64,000 nt of DNA from Syntrophorhabdaceae bacterium (GCA_963665295.1 OY762209.1:960001-1024000), one strand, 5' to 3'; counted from the first letter of the stretch, positions 1 through 9,941 are shown. A program made the numbers and translations. Notes: generated from the sequence alone by a model not told the origin.

Positions 1-1156
1 GGATGTCCCTAATTCTCTCCCGCAATGGAGGAATCACGATAGGGAAGACATTAAGGCGGAACCACAGGTCTTCCCGGAACTGCCCTGTCCTCACCATTTC
101 TTCGAGGTTACGATGTGTGGCGGCCAGTATCCTTATATTGACGGAGACCGGCGCCGTTCCCCCGACCCGTTGAATCTCTTTGTACTGGATTACCCGAAGG
201 AGCCTCACCTGGGCCGGAAGAGGCAGTTCGCCGATCTCGTCGAGGAAGATGGTGCCCCTGTCCGCCCGCTCGAAACATCCCCTGTTTTGCGCAACGGCTC
301 CGGTAAAAGCCCCTCTTTCGTGCCCGAACAGTTCACTGTCTATGAGGGTCTCCGGGATGGCTCCGCAGTTTACCTTTATAAAGGGGCCGTCGTTCCGGGG
401 CGACGAGTAGTGGATTGCATGGGCTATCACGTCCTTGCCCACCCCCGTCTCACCGCGAAGCAGCACGGGGCTGTCGAGATGGGCGACGCGCTGCGCCATA
501 TCCATCACGCCCTTGAGGCCGGACTCCGCGCCTATGATCGCGTCTCCCGAGAGGCGGAACAATTCCCTGTTGAGATAGCGGTTATCGTCGGCCAGCATGT
601 CCTTGAGCTTCAGGACCTCCTGGTGTTTGAGGGCATTTGACAGGGCGATCACAAAAGGTTCGTGGAGGAACGAAAGGAGTCTGGCGTCTTCCTCCGTATA
701 TCTTCCCCGGCCCTTCACGCCAAGCATGAGGTCCCCGAGATACGTGTGTCCGTCCTTGAGGCTCATGAGGAGGACCGAGGAGTCACGTAATTCAACGTAC
801 TGTGAAAATTGCTCGATTACGGGATCGTCCTCCGGGCGATTGACGATCCGCATCTCCACCGGCTTGAGTCCCGGACGGTCGATCACGAGGGCGCCGGGAA
901 TGCTCTGTTCGTCCAGTTTGTCTCTCAGCTCCCGGGGCAGCGGGGTGAGGACATTGAGTTCCTTCTCCTCGTCCTGCGTGGCGAGGAGAACGGTTCGCAT
1001 GGCGCCGAGATCCGGTTCGTAAATAAGGAGGCTTATCCGGTCCACGGGCATGACCTGTTCAAGATAATGGAGGCAGCGGCGCATGGCTTCCTCTATATCG
1101 AGACTTCCGCAAATCCGGAGAGTCGCCTGTCTGAAAAAAACGTTCTCGTCGATCAT
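1..1156 (-). CDS. Sigma-54-dependent enhancer-binding protein (N-terminal GAF-like domain + AAA+), runs off window start
   Basis: Read by hand: ATG at 1156 after GGAGG; MIDENVFFRQATLRICGSLD...; contains GETGVGKD (Walker A), ELFGHERGAFTGA (GAFTGA), FLDEIGEL, AATHRNL, FREDLWFRLNVFPI. Confidence 0.92.
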   Translation of the reverse strand, partial: MIDENVFFRQATLRICGSLDIEEAMRRCLHYLEQVMPVDRISLLIYEPDLGAMRTVLLATQDEEKELNVLTPLPRELRDKLDEQSIPGALVIDRPGLKPVEMRIVNRPEDDPVIEQFSQYVELRDSSVLLMSLKDGHTYLGDLMLGVKGRGRYTEEDARLLSFLHEPFVIALSNALKHQEVLKLKDMLADDNRYLNRELFRLSGDAIIGAESGLKGVMDMAQRVAHLDSPVLLRGETGVGKDVIAHAIHYSSPRNDGPFIKVNCGAIPETLIDSELFGHERGAFTGAVAQNRGCFERADRGTIFLDEIGELPLPAQVRLLRVIQYKEIQRVGGTAPVSVNIRILAATHRNLEEMVRTGQFREDLWFRLNVFPIVIPPLRERIRDI

Positions 1157-1185
1157 GATGCCTCCTCGTGGTAAACGCGATATTA

Positions 1186-1208
1186 CGCCAATATACCACG
1201 TATTGGCG
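1186..1208. promoter_or_regulatory. Inverted repeat CGCCAATA-N7-TATTGGCG, candidate activator (UAS)/operator site
   Basis: Perfect 8-bp arms in the divergent intergenic region between the EBP and the 1343 gene. Confidence 0.45.
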
Positions 1209-1292
1209 ACATAACGCCAGTCAGTTACGCGATATTTCGTGGTAACTTTTGCCGGGCAATTCTACCTGCTTGATATTACGCGTAAATGCAAA

Positions 1293-1307
1293 TGGCATTC
1301 TTCTTGT
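1293..1307 (+). promoter_or_regulatory. Candidate sigma-54 -24/-12 promoter
   Basis: TGGCATTCTTCTTGT matches TGGCA-N6-TTG(C) spacing; 36 bp upstream of ATG 1343. Confidence 0.5.
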
Positions 1308-1342
1308 TTAAGTAAAGGCAATAACAAATAAGGAGGATTGTC

Positions 1343-1702
1343 ATGACTCACAAGATCAGGCCTTTAATTCTATGTCTCATGGTTTTGGTGTTTGCTGCAC
1401 CGGCTCTTGCAGGAGGGTGTAACTGGTACACAACAAAGGGGAGCGTTTTGGAATCCTCCGGTGATGAGATCAACCTGTGTGTGGGCACAAAAGACGGCGC
1501 TGCCGTGGGACAGGAACTCGACGTGTACAAGATCGTTCACGACGCGAATAGCTGGTGGGGTTTGTCAAAAGAGTATGCAGGAAAGATAAAGATTACCGGG
1601 GTCCTGGACGAACACAGCGCGAAGGCGACGGTTATTTCGGGAAAAGCCGATGTCGACTCCATCGTGGAGCTTTCCATAGCACGGGCAACAGCATCAGGGT
1701 AA
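1343..1702 (+). CDS. Small exported protein, FlgT C-terminal-like beta domain
   Basis: AGGAGG RBS, signal peptide ending ALA, motif INLCVGTKDGAAVGQELDVY...GKIKITGV. Confidence 0.65.
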   Translation: MTHKIRPLILCLMVLVFAAPALAGGCNWYTTKGSVLESSGDEINLCVGTKDGAAVGQELDVYKIVHDANSWWGLSKEYAGKIKITGVLDEHSAKATVISGKADVDSIVELSIARATASG

Positions 1703-1717
1703 GAGACGGGCGCGTGG

Positions 1718-2662
1718 TTATTTGCCTGTTTCCCCTGTGCGACCGGGAGAGCCCTCTACGTGCCTGCGGGGCACAGTACATGTCTCATCGGTCAGTTCAC
1801 ATTCGTTGAGACACGGTTCGATGTGAATGACCACATCAAGATTGCCGACCTCCCGGGTCATTGTCAGTTCAAGCTGGTCCGCCAGCTTGTCGGCTTCATC
1901 GATGCTCTCTTTCCTGCAGATAAGGAGATGGAAATCGGTGTATTTCCTGCTTCCCGCGATGCGGCCTCTCATCCTGTGATAGCCTGCATAGGGAAAGGGC
2001 AGCGAATCGATGATTTCCTGCAGTTTCTTTTCTGTGTCAGGGGGGATACTGGCGTCCATAAGACCACCGATGCCGTCCCGAAAGATCTTGAGGGCCGAGA
2101 AGATGATGAGAAAAGCGATGATCACGGAAAACACGAGATCGAAATAGGTCTTGCCTGTGTAGTAGGTAAGAACGATTGCGGCAATGGCAGCGGAGTTGGA
2201 ATAGAGATCGCTGGCATAGTGAAGGGCATCCGCCTTCAGGACGCTCGAATCTGTTTTTTCGCCTGCCTTCCGAAGCACTATCGAGATCATTGCGCTGAAG
2301 ATGAGTGAGAGGATCATTACCCCGAGGTCAAAGCCGGAATAGACGATCGCGCCCTTGTGGACAAATTTGCTGATAGCCGCGTAGAGGATCAAGCCGCCTG
2401 TGAAGATGATCACCAGCGACTGGACTGTGGCGGCTATATTCTCGGTCTTCCCGTGACCGTATTGATGCTTGTAATCGGGCGGCTCCGCCGCTTTTCGTAT
2501 GGCAAGCAGATTCATTCCCGACATGAAGATATCCAAAAGACTGTCAAGGCTTGAGGATATGACCGCCAGAGATCCGGAGGCCAACCCTGCCGCAAACTTG
2601 CAGACCGCGAGAACAAAAGCGGATACTATCGCAAATAGGGAAGCTTTGTACTTGATGTCCAT
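1718..2662 (-). CDS. Cation diffusion facilitator family transporter (FieF-like)
   Basis: SLAVISSSLDSLLD, PPDYKHQYGHGKTE, LKADALHYASD, C-terminal VVIHIEP. Confidence 0.93.
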   Translation of the reverse strand: MDIKYKASLFAIVSAFVLAVCKFAAGLASGSLAVISSSLDSLLDIFMSGMNLLAIRKAAEPPDYKHQYGHGKTENIAATVQSLVIIFTGGLILYAAISKFVHKGAIVYSGFDLGVMILSLIFSAMISIVLRKAGEKTDSSVLKADALHYASDLYSNSAAIAAIVLTYYTGKTYFDLVFSVIIAFLIIFSALKIFRDGIGGLMDASIPPDTEKKLQEIIDSLPFPYAGYHRMRGRIAGSRKYTDFHLLICRKESIDEADKLADQLELTMTREVGNLDVVIHIEPCLNECELTDETCTVPRRHVEGSPGRTGETGK

Positions 2663-3054
2663 GGTTACCTTGTCCGGGCTTCCTGTTCTGTGAAAACGCC
2701 TTCACCTTGCAACTGCCACGGGAGTATCCCTCGCGACGGTTTCATCTCTGGCGACAATATAGTATGTCGTGGTATCAAAAGCAAGCATGGCCCTGCGGGT
2801 TTTCGCTGCTTCACCGAACGCCTCGTGGAACGCGGCACGCCGCCGACGGGAACCAAGCCCTTCCTATGCCGCGCCATAAAATGTTTAACTTCGTATCTTA
2901 CCTGTGGTAACATTTTCTTTTGAAGAAGAGTGCAATATCCGGGTGCACTATAAAAAATTGACTAAAGATTACGCCTGGCATCGGAAAATCCCTTGCAAAT
3001 GACAATCTGGAAGACCGATACGGTGTGGCGTGAAACAACAACAGGAGGAATCAC

Positions 3055-3747
3055 ATGAACAAAAAATTGATCTGGACAAGCATTGTCGCAGTATCTCTGA
3101 TGGGCTGCGCAACCCAGACGCAGACGGGCGCCCTTGTGGGCACCGGCGTGGGCGCCGCGGTGGGGGCCGGCGTCGGGCAGGCGATAGGACGCAACACCTC
3201 TTCGACCCTTGTGGGCGCCGCTATCGGAGCGGCTGCCGGAGGTCTCGTCGGAGGCGCCATAGGCCAATATATGGACAAGCAGGAGCAATCAATGCGCCAG
3301 GCTCTCGCCAACTCGCAGGCGGCAAGCGTTCAGCGGGAACAGGAAGTACTGGCAAGGGCCGGGAACGACAGCACGAGGAAGACCCAGGATGTCCTTACGG
3401 TAACCTTCAAGTCCGATTACCTTTTTGCCACCAACTCCTCCAATCTGCTGCCGGGCGCCTGGCCGGAGGTGGAGCGGGTGTCAAATGTCCTCATGCAATA
3501 TCCTGAAACCACCATCGTGATTTCCGGTCATACCGACAGCGTCGGGGCTCAGGCATACAACCAGAAACTGTCCGAAAGGCGTGCGGAAACCGTCAAGCAG
3601 ACCCTGGTGAAGCTGGGCGTGCCCCCTTCACGGATGACCACCATCGGTTACGGCAAGACCAGGCCCATAGCCTCCAACAACACGGAAGCCGGCCGGCAGT
3701 TGAACAGGCGCGTAGAGATCCGCATCGTGCCTCAGCAGGCGCAATAG
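3055..3747 (+). CDS. OmpA-family lipoprotein with glycine zipper
   Basis: Lipobox LMGC, Gly-zipper, GHTDSVG..YNQKLSERRA, NRRVEI. Confidence 0.95.
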   Translation: MNKKLIWTSIVAVSLMGCATQTQTGALVGTGVGAAVGAGVGQAIGRNTSSTLVGAAIGAAAGGLVGGAIGQYMDKQEQSMRQALANSQAASVQREQEVLARAGNDSTRKTQDVLTVTFKSDYLFATNSSNLLPGAWPEVERVSNVLMQYPETTIVISGHTDSVGAQAYNQKLSERRAETVKQTLVKLGVPPSRMTTIGYGKTRPIASNNTEAGRQLNRRVEIRIVPQQAQ

Positions 3748-3785
3748 CAGCGCCCATACCGCAAACAATTAAGTATCCCGCAAAA

Positions 3786-3812
3786 GAACGGGGCCGGCAA
3801 ACGGCCCTGTTC
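3786..3812 (+). terminator. Probable intrinsic terminator hairpin
   Basis: GAACGGGGCCG-GCAAA-CGGCCCTGTTC 40 bp after the ompA stop; weak U-tract. Confidence 0.55.
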
Positions 3813-4117
3813 CGCGTCTACGGTAATCACCCCCGCCCGAAAACCGCTGCACCGCCTTGACGAACCATAACAAAGGCGGGTATCGATTGCTCAGGCTCCC
3901 TCAGCCTTACCCCGAGCCGTCACCTTCCTGTCCTCTTCCGGGACGGTTGTTTATCCCTGACCTCCCTTTACCTCCCCCCCATTGAAATAGTTGCCCATAA
4001 TCTTCCCTCTGACCGGAGGAATACGGCATGTCCCATTTATCTCGTTTTATTTCTTTTTATCTCCTTTTATTGAAAAGACCTGCTCTTTTGTTATAAAATT
4101 GGAGAGACAATACATAC

Positions 4118-4363
4118 ATGAAGGAAACAGCTATGAAGAGAGAAATTATCCATATCGATGAAGAGAAGTGCGATGGTTGCGGAGTATGCGTGCGGTCCTG
4201 CGTGGAAGGGGATCTTCAGTTGGTTGACGGCAAGATACGTCTTTATGCCGAAAAATACTGTGACGGCTGCGCCGCGTGCGTTCCGAAATGTCCATTGGGG
4301 GCCCTCGACATTGAGGTGCGCGAAGCCGATGAATATCAGGAATTAGTAAATGTGCGGTGCTGA
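4118..4363 (+). CDS. 2x[4Fe-4S] ferredoxin-like protein (start may be 4133)
   Basis: CDGCGVCVRSC and CDGCAACVPKCP motifs. Confidence 0.9.
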   Translation: MKETAMKREIIHIDEEKCDGCGVCVRSCVEGDLQLVDGKIRLYAEKYCDGCAACVPKCPLGALDIEVREADEYQELVNVRC

Positions 4364-4508
4364 TATAATTCGACGTTGAGAGAGGTCTGAATTATACCCC
4401 CCCATTTGTCGTTTCAGACGGTAAATGGTTACTTTTATGCAGAAGTGAAAAAAGGCTCAGAGACAGCATGGCGTAGCGTAATTTGAGATACTATGAAGGG
4501 GGGGCAAG

Positions 4509-5372
4509 ATGAATAGAGACGTGCGCTGTATCAGGGAAGGAATCACCTACAAAACGGTAGTTTTTGCAACTCTGTTGATTTGCTGCATATTACACTTCTT
4601 CTTATCATCGTCCGCAGTGGCGTCATCCCTCAGCAATGTCGTCACGGGAAAGGGCGTCGTCATCACGAAAGATGATTGGTCCCAACTATTTATCAAGGAT
4701 GGGACCATCCAATTTACGGAGACGGAGGGTGTGTTTGTTACGTTTGACGTTCTAGGGTCTTCAGGCGTTACGCAGGTGAAGGTTTCGTGCACCCTCGACG
4801 GAGAGGCCTGCAACGAGCCTTTCCGCACCTTTGGCATTGCGGAGGGAGTAAGCGGCCTTTTCCAACTGAACTTTGTGCCCAGAGGGACCCATTCGGTCGT
4901 CATCACGCTCTTTGATCAGATAGACGGCGAATACCAGGAGGTTGACAGCCGGATACTGTCATTTTCGGTGGAGGCCGGTGCGCACGCCGACCTGGCCGGC
5001 GCAGTCTCGGGAAACAGGTTGATCATGGGTGACGGCATGCCTCCGTGGAGGTTCGACGTCGAGAAACAATATCACCCGACCCGCCTTAGACGCGATATGC
5101 CTTTATTCACCGCGGTGAGGCTCACAAACATAATTGGGTGCAACAAGTACCAGGTAAAGGTCGGTTTCCGGAAGGGCGGGAAGAACATAGAGGGCTTCTC
5201 AAAGGAGTACGATACTCAAGGCCTCTACAAAAGTGAAGAATACGTCTGGATAGCGCAACCCGCCGATAGCCTGGAAAAAGGTGGATACAGGCGAACCATT
5301 TCGATCAGTTACGACGGCGGTCCTTTTACGGAGTTAAAAGAGAACGGCACAAAGCTGTTTTCGATCTACTGA
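4509..5372 (+). CDS. Hypothetical exported beta-rich protein
   Basis: 287-aa ORF, G-rich RBS, hydrophobic N-terminal signal-like segment; no family recognised. Confidence 0.7.
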   Translation: MNRDVRCIREGITYKTVVFATLLICCILHFFLSSSAVASSLSNVVTGKGVVITKDDWSQLFIKDGTIQFTETEGVFVTFDVLGSSGVTQVKVSCTLDGEACNEPFRTFGIAEGVSGLFQLNFVPRGTHSVVITLFDQIDGEYQEVDSRILSFSVEAGAHADLAGAVSGNRLIMGDGMPPWRFDVEKQYHPTRLRRDMPLFTAVRLTNIIGCNKYQVKVGFRKGGKNIEGFSKEYDTQGLYKSEEYVWIAQPADSLEKGGYRRTISISYDGGPFTELKENGTKLFSIY

Positions 5373-5480
5373 AGCCTGTCAGAAAATGCCGATGTCGCGA
5401 GATCCTATGCGCTTAGCCTGTAAACCGATAACCCACGCCCCGCGGTTTCTCCGGACAAGCATAGATATCAAAGGCCTCCC
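5327..5480 (+). repeat. 154-bp segment, inverted copy at 11905-12058 (9 mismatches)
   Basis: Manual alignment; includes the last ~14 codons of 4509..5372 and downstream DNA. Confidence 0.95.
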
Positions 5481-5672
5481 ACAGAGCTCCCTCCAGACGG
5501 ATGCGTCCCTGTGCCTTTTCCCGTGATAGTTGTTTCGCTACGATGCCCTCTCGCCCCTCTGCTCCGTTTCAGGAAGGAGCCGTCAAAAGTTGTATCGCCG
5601 GGTCTTGGCGAATACACCTCCTCGAAAATTAGCCGGCACCTGCAAGTGAAACCTGAGGCCGTCATCGGCAGC

Positions 5673-5710
5673 CTTGGCAAAAGGAACCCCAGGATTCCTC
5701 TTGCCAAGGA
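5673..5710. terminator. Hairpin between convergent genes
   Basis: CCTTGGCAAAAGGAACC...GGATTCCTCTTGCCAAGG imperfect inverted repeat. Confidence 0.5.
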
Positions 5711-5746
5711 TCTTGATCTGCTAATTTCTAATCGTTATGCAAATTG

Positions 5747-6334
5747 TTACTTCCCCTCAGGGGTCTTTGATTTATCCTCTTGATCTGCCGGAGGCGAAAT
5801 CTTCTTCTCCAGACCGACCACCACGATAGCGTCGGCCACACCCTGGACAAAGGCAGGTTCAACATCTTTTATATCCGTCGAGCCGCCATGTATGCCCCCC
5901 CACGCAAAGGTTTTCTGAAGAGTAAATTCAGCCACGGGTTCCTTTTCTGAGGTTGCAAGGAAGAGAGAAAAGTCTCCATCGATGTGAATCTGTCCCAAGC
6001 CGGCCAACATAAAGCGAGCAAAGGCGCTCCCCTCTTCATATTGGGTGATCTTTGAATTGAGAATGAAAGCGCGCTTATCGGTTGTGTTGCACTGAGCGTT
6101 CTTCTTCTTCAGGTTTATCGCATTCGTCATCATGTCCGCCAGCCTCAGGCGGCCGTTTTCCTGCAAAGGGACACCATCGGCAACGGTAAGTTTGATAGTT
6201 GCATCGTCGTTGGCACACAAGCGATGGCTATCGGAGATGGGCTTGCTGAATTGGGCGGTTGGCGCCGTGGTTGAGCAGCCATAGAAACCAGCAAAAGAAG
6301 CAATCAAGAAAAGAAAGATAAGACCTTTTTTCAT
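5747..6334 (-). CDS. Lipoprotein, DUF4410-like
   Basis: ATG 6334 with GGAGG; lipobox FYGC; YEEGSAFARFMLAGLGQ motif. Confidence 0.75.
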   Translation of the reverse strand: MKKGLIFLFLIASFAGFYGCSTTAPTAQFSKPISDSHRLCANDDATIKLTVADGVPLQENGRLRLADMMTNAINLKKKNAQCNTTDKRAFILNSKITQYEEGSAFARFMLAGLGQIHIDGDFSLFLATSEKEPVAEFTLQKTFAWGGIHGGSTDIKDVEPAFVQGVADAIVVVGLEKKISPPADQEDKSKTPEGK

Positions 6335-6573
6335 ACAGATGTTCCTCCTTAACGTATTTTCGCCGACATTGTCGGACGTAAAATTCAAGGGACGACCTTC
6401 TTTTCGCCCCTCCTATTCCTAACGATCAGCGCACTGCAGCTAAAAGGTTTCTGGAGTAAACGCTATGATGAGCCGATTAGCCAAGACATAAACGTGTAAA
6501 ACCCTCCGCGAAGACAGAGCCTCTGTTTCTGATGACCTGGAGGCTCTGCCCTGTTCGTTCTTTAGGTGTATCG

Positions 6574-6942
6574 TTATTTAGAGCCCAATACGAGCATGGC
6601 GCCGGCCGGATCCAATGTGAGGCCGCTGACCTTCTTTGATTTGTTAATGCTCGTCACGATCCTCTGCGCTATATAGTCGCCTACCGGTAGGGACGCTTTG
6701 TCCAATGTGAGACTAGTCACTTTATCGTCATAAGACGTGAAAATGACTCCGCCAATAAGAGCTATTACGCCCACTTCAAGCCAACTGACTTCCGTCCAGG
6801 TTCTGTTCATGGACGCATGCCGAACATCAAGCTCAATCGGAAATTTAAACATGTCTATCTGGCTTTTGTCTGCGGCTTTTGTGAGCGTGACATCGATATC
6901 ATAATTTACTGAATACACATAGCCATTCCATGCCGGGGTAAA
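6574..6942 (-). pseudogene. 3' part of a lipoprotein gene interrupted by IS3
   Basis: Continues in frame (FTPAWNGYVYSVNYDIDV...) from the 8833-8456 fragment once the IS and one GATG copy are removed. Confidence 0.88.
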
Positions 6943-6986
6943 GATGCGGAACGTGTCAATGAAAATGAGACACTTCCATCAGATAT

Positions 6987-7985
6987 TTAGTGTACCCCGC
7001 CATCGCTCGTTGATAATGGCTTATTGATCCAGACGGCGTCAGGCAGTGACGCCGGTTTCGGCATCCTCCCCTTGAACCGTTCCGGATGTTTTTCATACGC
7101 AGCCCGCAGTACGTCCGTACGACCTTCAATGATCCTCAACGCTCTTCCATAATGGACGTCCTCGGGGGTGAGAAGACCTATCCCCGAATGGTAATGCTCG
7201 GTATTGTACCAGGGGAAGAATGTCTGGCAAAAGGCCCGGGCATCCTCAATGGAGCCGAACCTTTGAGGGAACTCGGGCCGGTACTTCATGGTCTTGAACT
7301 GAGATTCGGAATAGGGGTTGTCATTACTGACCGAAGGCCTCGAATGGCTCTTGGTGACCCCGAGATCGGCCATGAGCAGGGCGACGGGTTTCGACGTCAT
7401 ACTCGACCCCCTGTCCGCATGGATCAGGAGCTTACCGGGCTCTATCATTTGCTTCTCGCAGGTCTCCGCGATCAGTTTGCGAGCAAGGGCGGCAAGTTCC
7501 CTGTGGGCCACCATCCACCCCACCACATAGCGGCTGTAGATGTCGAGGATCACATAGAGGTAGTAGTAGGTCCATTTTACGGAACCCTTGAGCTTCGTGA
7601 TATCCCAGCTCCACGCCTCGTTGGGCGCCTTCGCGAGGATCTCCGGTTTTGCGTACCGGGGACGGGAGACCTGCCTCCTCCTTTCTTTCAGCTCACCTTC
7701 TTCTTCAAGGATCCGGTACATGGTGCGCACTGAACAGAGATAGCTCTTCTCGTCCAGGAGGGCCGCGTAGATTTCCCGGGGTGCTTTATCGATGAAGCGG
7801 TCCGAATGAAGGATATCAAGTACATCGTTCCGTTCCCCGAAGGAGAGGGCCAAGGGAGAGAGACGGTTCAAAGGTTCCTTCTCTTTCGGATGCTGCCACC
7901 GGTAAAAGCCCGCACGGGATACGTCGAGGGCGTTGCAGGCAGGGCGGATACCCACTTCATGGGCAAGCGATTGCGTGATGTTCAT
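6987..7985 (-). CDS. IS3 transposase OrfB (rve/DDE integrase)
   Basis: WSWDITKL, HADRGSSM, SNDNPYSESQFKTMKY. Confidence 0.95.
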   Translation of the reverse strand: MNITQSLAHEVGIRPACNALDVSRAGFYRWQHPKEKEPLNRLSPLALSFGERNDVLDILHSDRFIDKAPREIYAALLDEKSYLCSVRTMYRILEEEGELKERRRQVSRPRYAKPEILAKAPNEAWSWDITKLKGSVKWTYYYLYVILDIYSRYVVGWMVAHRELAALARKLIAETCEKQMIEPGKLLIHADRGSSMTSKPVALLMADLGVTKSHSRPSVSNDNPYSESQFKTMKYRPEFPQRFGSIEDARAFCQTFFPWYNTEHYHSGIGLLTPEDVHYGRALRIIEGRTDVLRAAYEKHPERFKGRMPKPASLPDAVWINKPLSTSDGGVH

Positions 7986-8380
7986 GACTTCTCCTCGCTC
8001 GACCCCTTGAGCAGCTCGGCCACTTTTTTTTGGACCTCGATAATGAGCTCCGCCTGTTTCAGTTTATGGGTGAGCCTCGTGTTCTCCTTTTCCAGTTCGA
8101 TGGTGCGACGGATAAGGGGATCAGGCTTTTGTGTGACGGGTCCTCTCTTTTTCGGGATGAGGCCCTGGTGAACCTGACGCCGCCATGAGGTGAGGCTCGA
8201 TGAATAAAGTCCCTCTCTGCGCAGAAGCGCCCCTATCTCACCCTTCCCGGTACAGTTCTCCACCTCCTTGAGGATACGGAGCTTGTACGCCGCGGTGAAT
8301 TTCCGGCGAACTGCCTTTTCCGGTACTTCCGGATCGGGGACTACCCTTGGTGATGCCATGACTGATTTCTTTTCTTCCAC
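7982..8380 (-). CDS. IS3 OrfA (HTH); -1 frameshift signal A8G at ~8023-8031
   Basis: RRKFTAAYKLRIL...GALLRREGLYSS; CAA AAA AAA GTG, -1 frame open into orfB. Confidence 0.92.
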   Translation of the reverse strand: MEEKKSVMASPRVVPDPEVPEKAVRRKFTAAYKLRILKEVENCTGKGEIGALLRREGLYSSSLTSWRRQVHQGLIPKKRGPVTQKPDPLIRRTIELEKENTRLTHKLKQAELIIEVQKKVAELLKGSSEEKS

Positions 8381-8455
8381 GATCGTTCTTTCCTTCCCGC
8401 CCCCAAGAGTCTAAACTATTGGGTGGGAAGTGTCTCACTTATATTGGCACGGAGG

Positions 8456-8833
8456 GATGAGGAATCCGGGGAAATTTATCAGGAAGTTCCATCCAGACCC
8501 TTCATGCCTTGGCGTGACCCCGATAGTCGCTATGATATCAACAGGCTTAGAACTCGACTCACTATACGGAATGAGGACTTCTGCGCCGTATTTTGAAAGT
8601 TCCGTTCCGGCGGACTTAACTATCCTGCTGTCTTCGTAGTCCTGCGCCTTACCTATTATCCCGACGGAAACGTGGCTTTCGCAGGACGTCGCGGTCGTTG
8701 AATTGTATTTTGACAAATTCGTAATTTCAAGGCTATGCGAACATCCGGCGAGAAGTAACAAATGAAGTCCTATCATGATAACTGCTATGTTCTTCTTCGC
8801 TGGGGTTCGCGGCCCCACAAAGATTTTCATCAA
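8456..8833 (-). pseudogene. 5' part of the IS3-interrupted lipoprotein gene
   Basis: Lipobox LLAGC; ends ...NFPGFLI at the target duplication; reconstructed ORF 248 aa. Confidence 0.88.
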
Positions 8834-8905
8834 AGCCCCCTTTTTTCGCAGTTAATATGCGCTGCGGTTGTCGCTCCCCCAAATATCCCTTCTGGTTAGA
8901 TTTAT

Positions 8906-8967
8906 AGAATATCGCCGTCTTTCGTACATTGTCAACGTAATTCTACCCCACATGTGGGGTAGAATTA
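8906..8967 (-). promoter_or_regulatory. Sigma-70-type promoter TTGACA-N18-TATTCT with an abutting perfect 30-bp palindrome (8938-8967)
   Basis: TAATTCTACCCCACA|TGTGGGGTAGAATTA directly upstream of the -35 box. Confidence 0.6.
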
Positions 8968-9044
8968 TTGCCGCCCGAAATTCGCTACATAACCAACAAA
9001 GCGCCGTGGGTTCGCTTTCAGGAAGGAGGCGACAGTCTCCTTCT

Positions 9045-9941
9045 TTAATTCCTGCACAACACATTCGACCTGTTGCCTTCACAGAGGACGCTTCGGAGCT
9101 TCCTTAGCTCCCGTTCGCCCCGCATCTCAACTCTCCTCGGCGATCCCCTCTCGACCTGATAAAGAAGAGTGTAATCTTCGAGGAGACGAGCCTTCCCCCC
9201 TTCGAATGGCGTCCTTGTTATCCTGCACCGAACGGTAATGTCAGCAAATCCATCACTATCAACATCCCACAGACTGTGAAGACAATCATAGTGATCGACT
9301 CCATCATCGTACCGGTCATCACTGCCTATAAGGATATGAGGATCATTAGTTGGCCAGACGCGAACACTCCACGAAGCCGACTTCCTGTCATAGGCAAAGG
9401 ACGAGAGAAGTTCTGCCGCTTCACACTCCCGACATGAGAAATACCTGAAGACAACATCTGTAGTGCCAGGTTCAAAACATGTTATGGCGAGAAGCGACCA
9501 GTTCCAGAACGCCGTATCGGTGTCCAGTTGTTTCTTGATCCGGGTGTTAAGTTCGTAAAAAAAGGCACGATAGAAATAATGGTCAGGATCATCAACCTGT
9601 CTTTCTCTGTTCTCGATGAGAACTATACACGAGGAGCTATAGCACCCGATACGCGCAACCCTCTTGTAAAAGTAAGGGACTGTGGGAGCTGTCTTTTCCG
9701 GATCATCCAGCTGTAGCTCGGAACGAAACGAAGCGAGAACCCTATTCCATAGCTGAGGTTCATCCTGTTCGCTCATCCAGGTAAAGGCATCCGGAACTTC
9801 GGCATGTACCGAGCCGGCCAGGGCGAAGGCGAGGAACAGAAGCCACAAGATCGGTACTCGAACGATCAGCATTATCATCTTTATTATGTCATGAACGGGG
9901 CAGCATTCAAAGCAGAGTTTTTGGTCAATAATTGTCACCAC
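9045..9941 (-). CDS. Hypothetical exported Cys-containing protein (true start probably ~9872-9893)
   Basis: Long ORF, signal-peptide-like LWLLFLAFALAGSVHA; no family recognised. Confidence 0.65.
   Translation of the reverse strand: MVTIIDQKLCFECCPVHDIIKMIMLIVRVPILWLLFLAFALAGSVHAEVPDAFTWMSEQDEPQLWNRVLASFRSELQLDDPEKTAPTVPYFYKRVARIGCYSSSCIVLIENRERQVDDPDHYFYRAFFYELNTRIKKQLDTDTAFWNWSLLAITCFEPGTTDVVFRYFSCRECEAAELLSSFAYDRKSASWSVRVWPTNDPHILIGSDDRYDDGVDHYDCLHSLWDVDSDGFADITVRCRITRTPFEGGKARLLEDYTLLYQVERGSPRRVEMRGERELRKLRSVLCEGNRSNVLCRN

Larger units (their letters stand above)
6947..8455 (-). mobile_element. IS3-family insertion sequence, 1509 bp, 4-bp target duplication GATG (6943-6946 / 8456-8459)
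   Basis: Subterminal IRs GTGTCAATGAAAATGAGACACTTCC (6953-) / GGAAGTGTCTCACTTATATTGGCAC (-8450); orfA + orfB inside. Confidence 0.95.

Noticed and set aside
113..1174. Plus-strand ORFs 113..640, 597..1022, 809..1174
   Set aside because: Antisense shadows of the minus-strand sigma-54 activator
6416..6445. Minus-strand CTGCAGTGCGCTGATC-GTTAGGA resembling the 3' half of an integron attC site
   Set aside because: No complementary RYYYAAC arm found within ~200 bp and no intI in the window; at most a remnant
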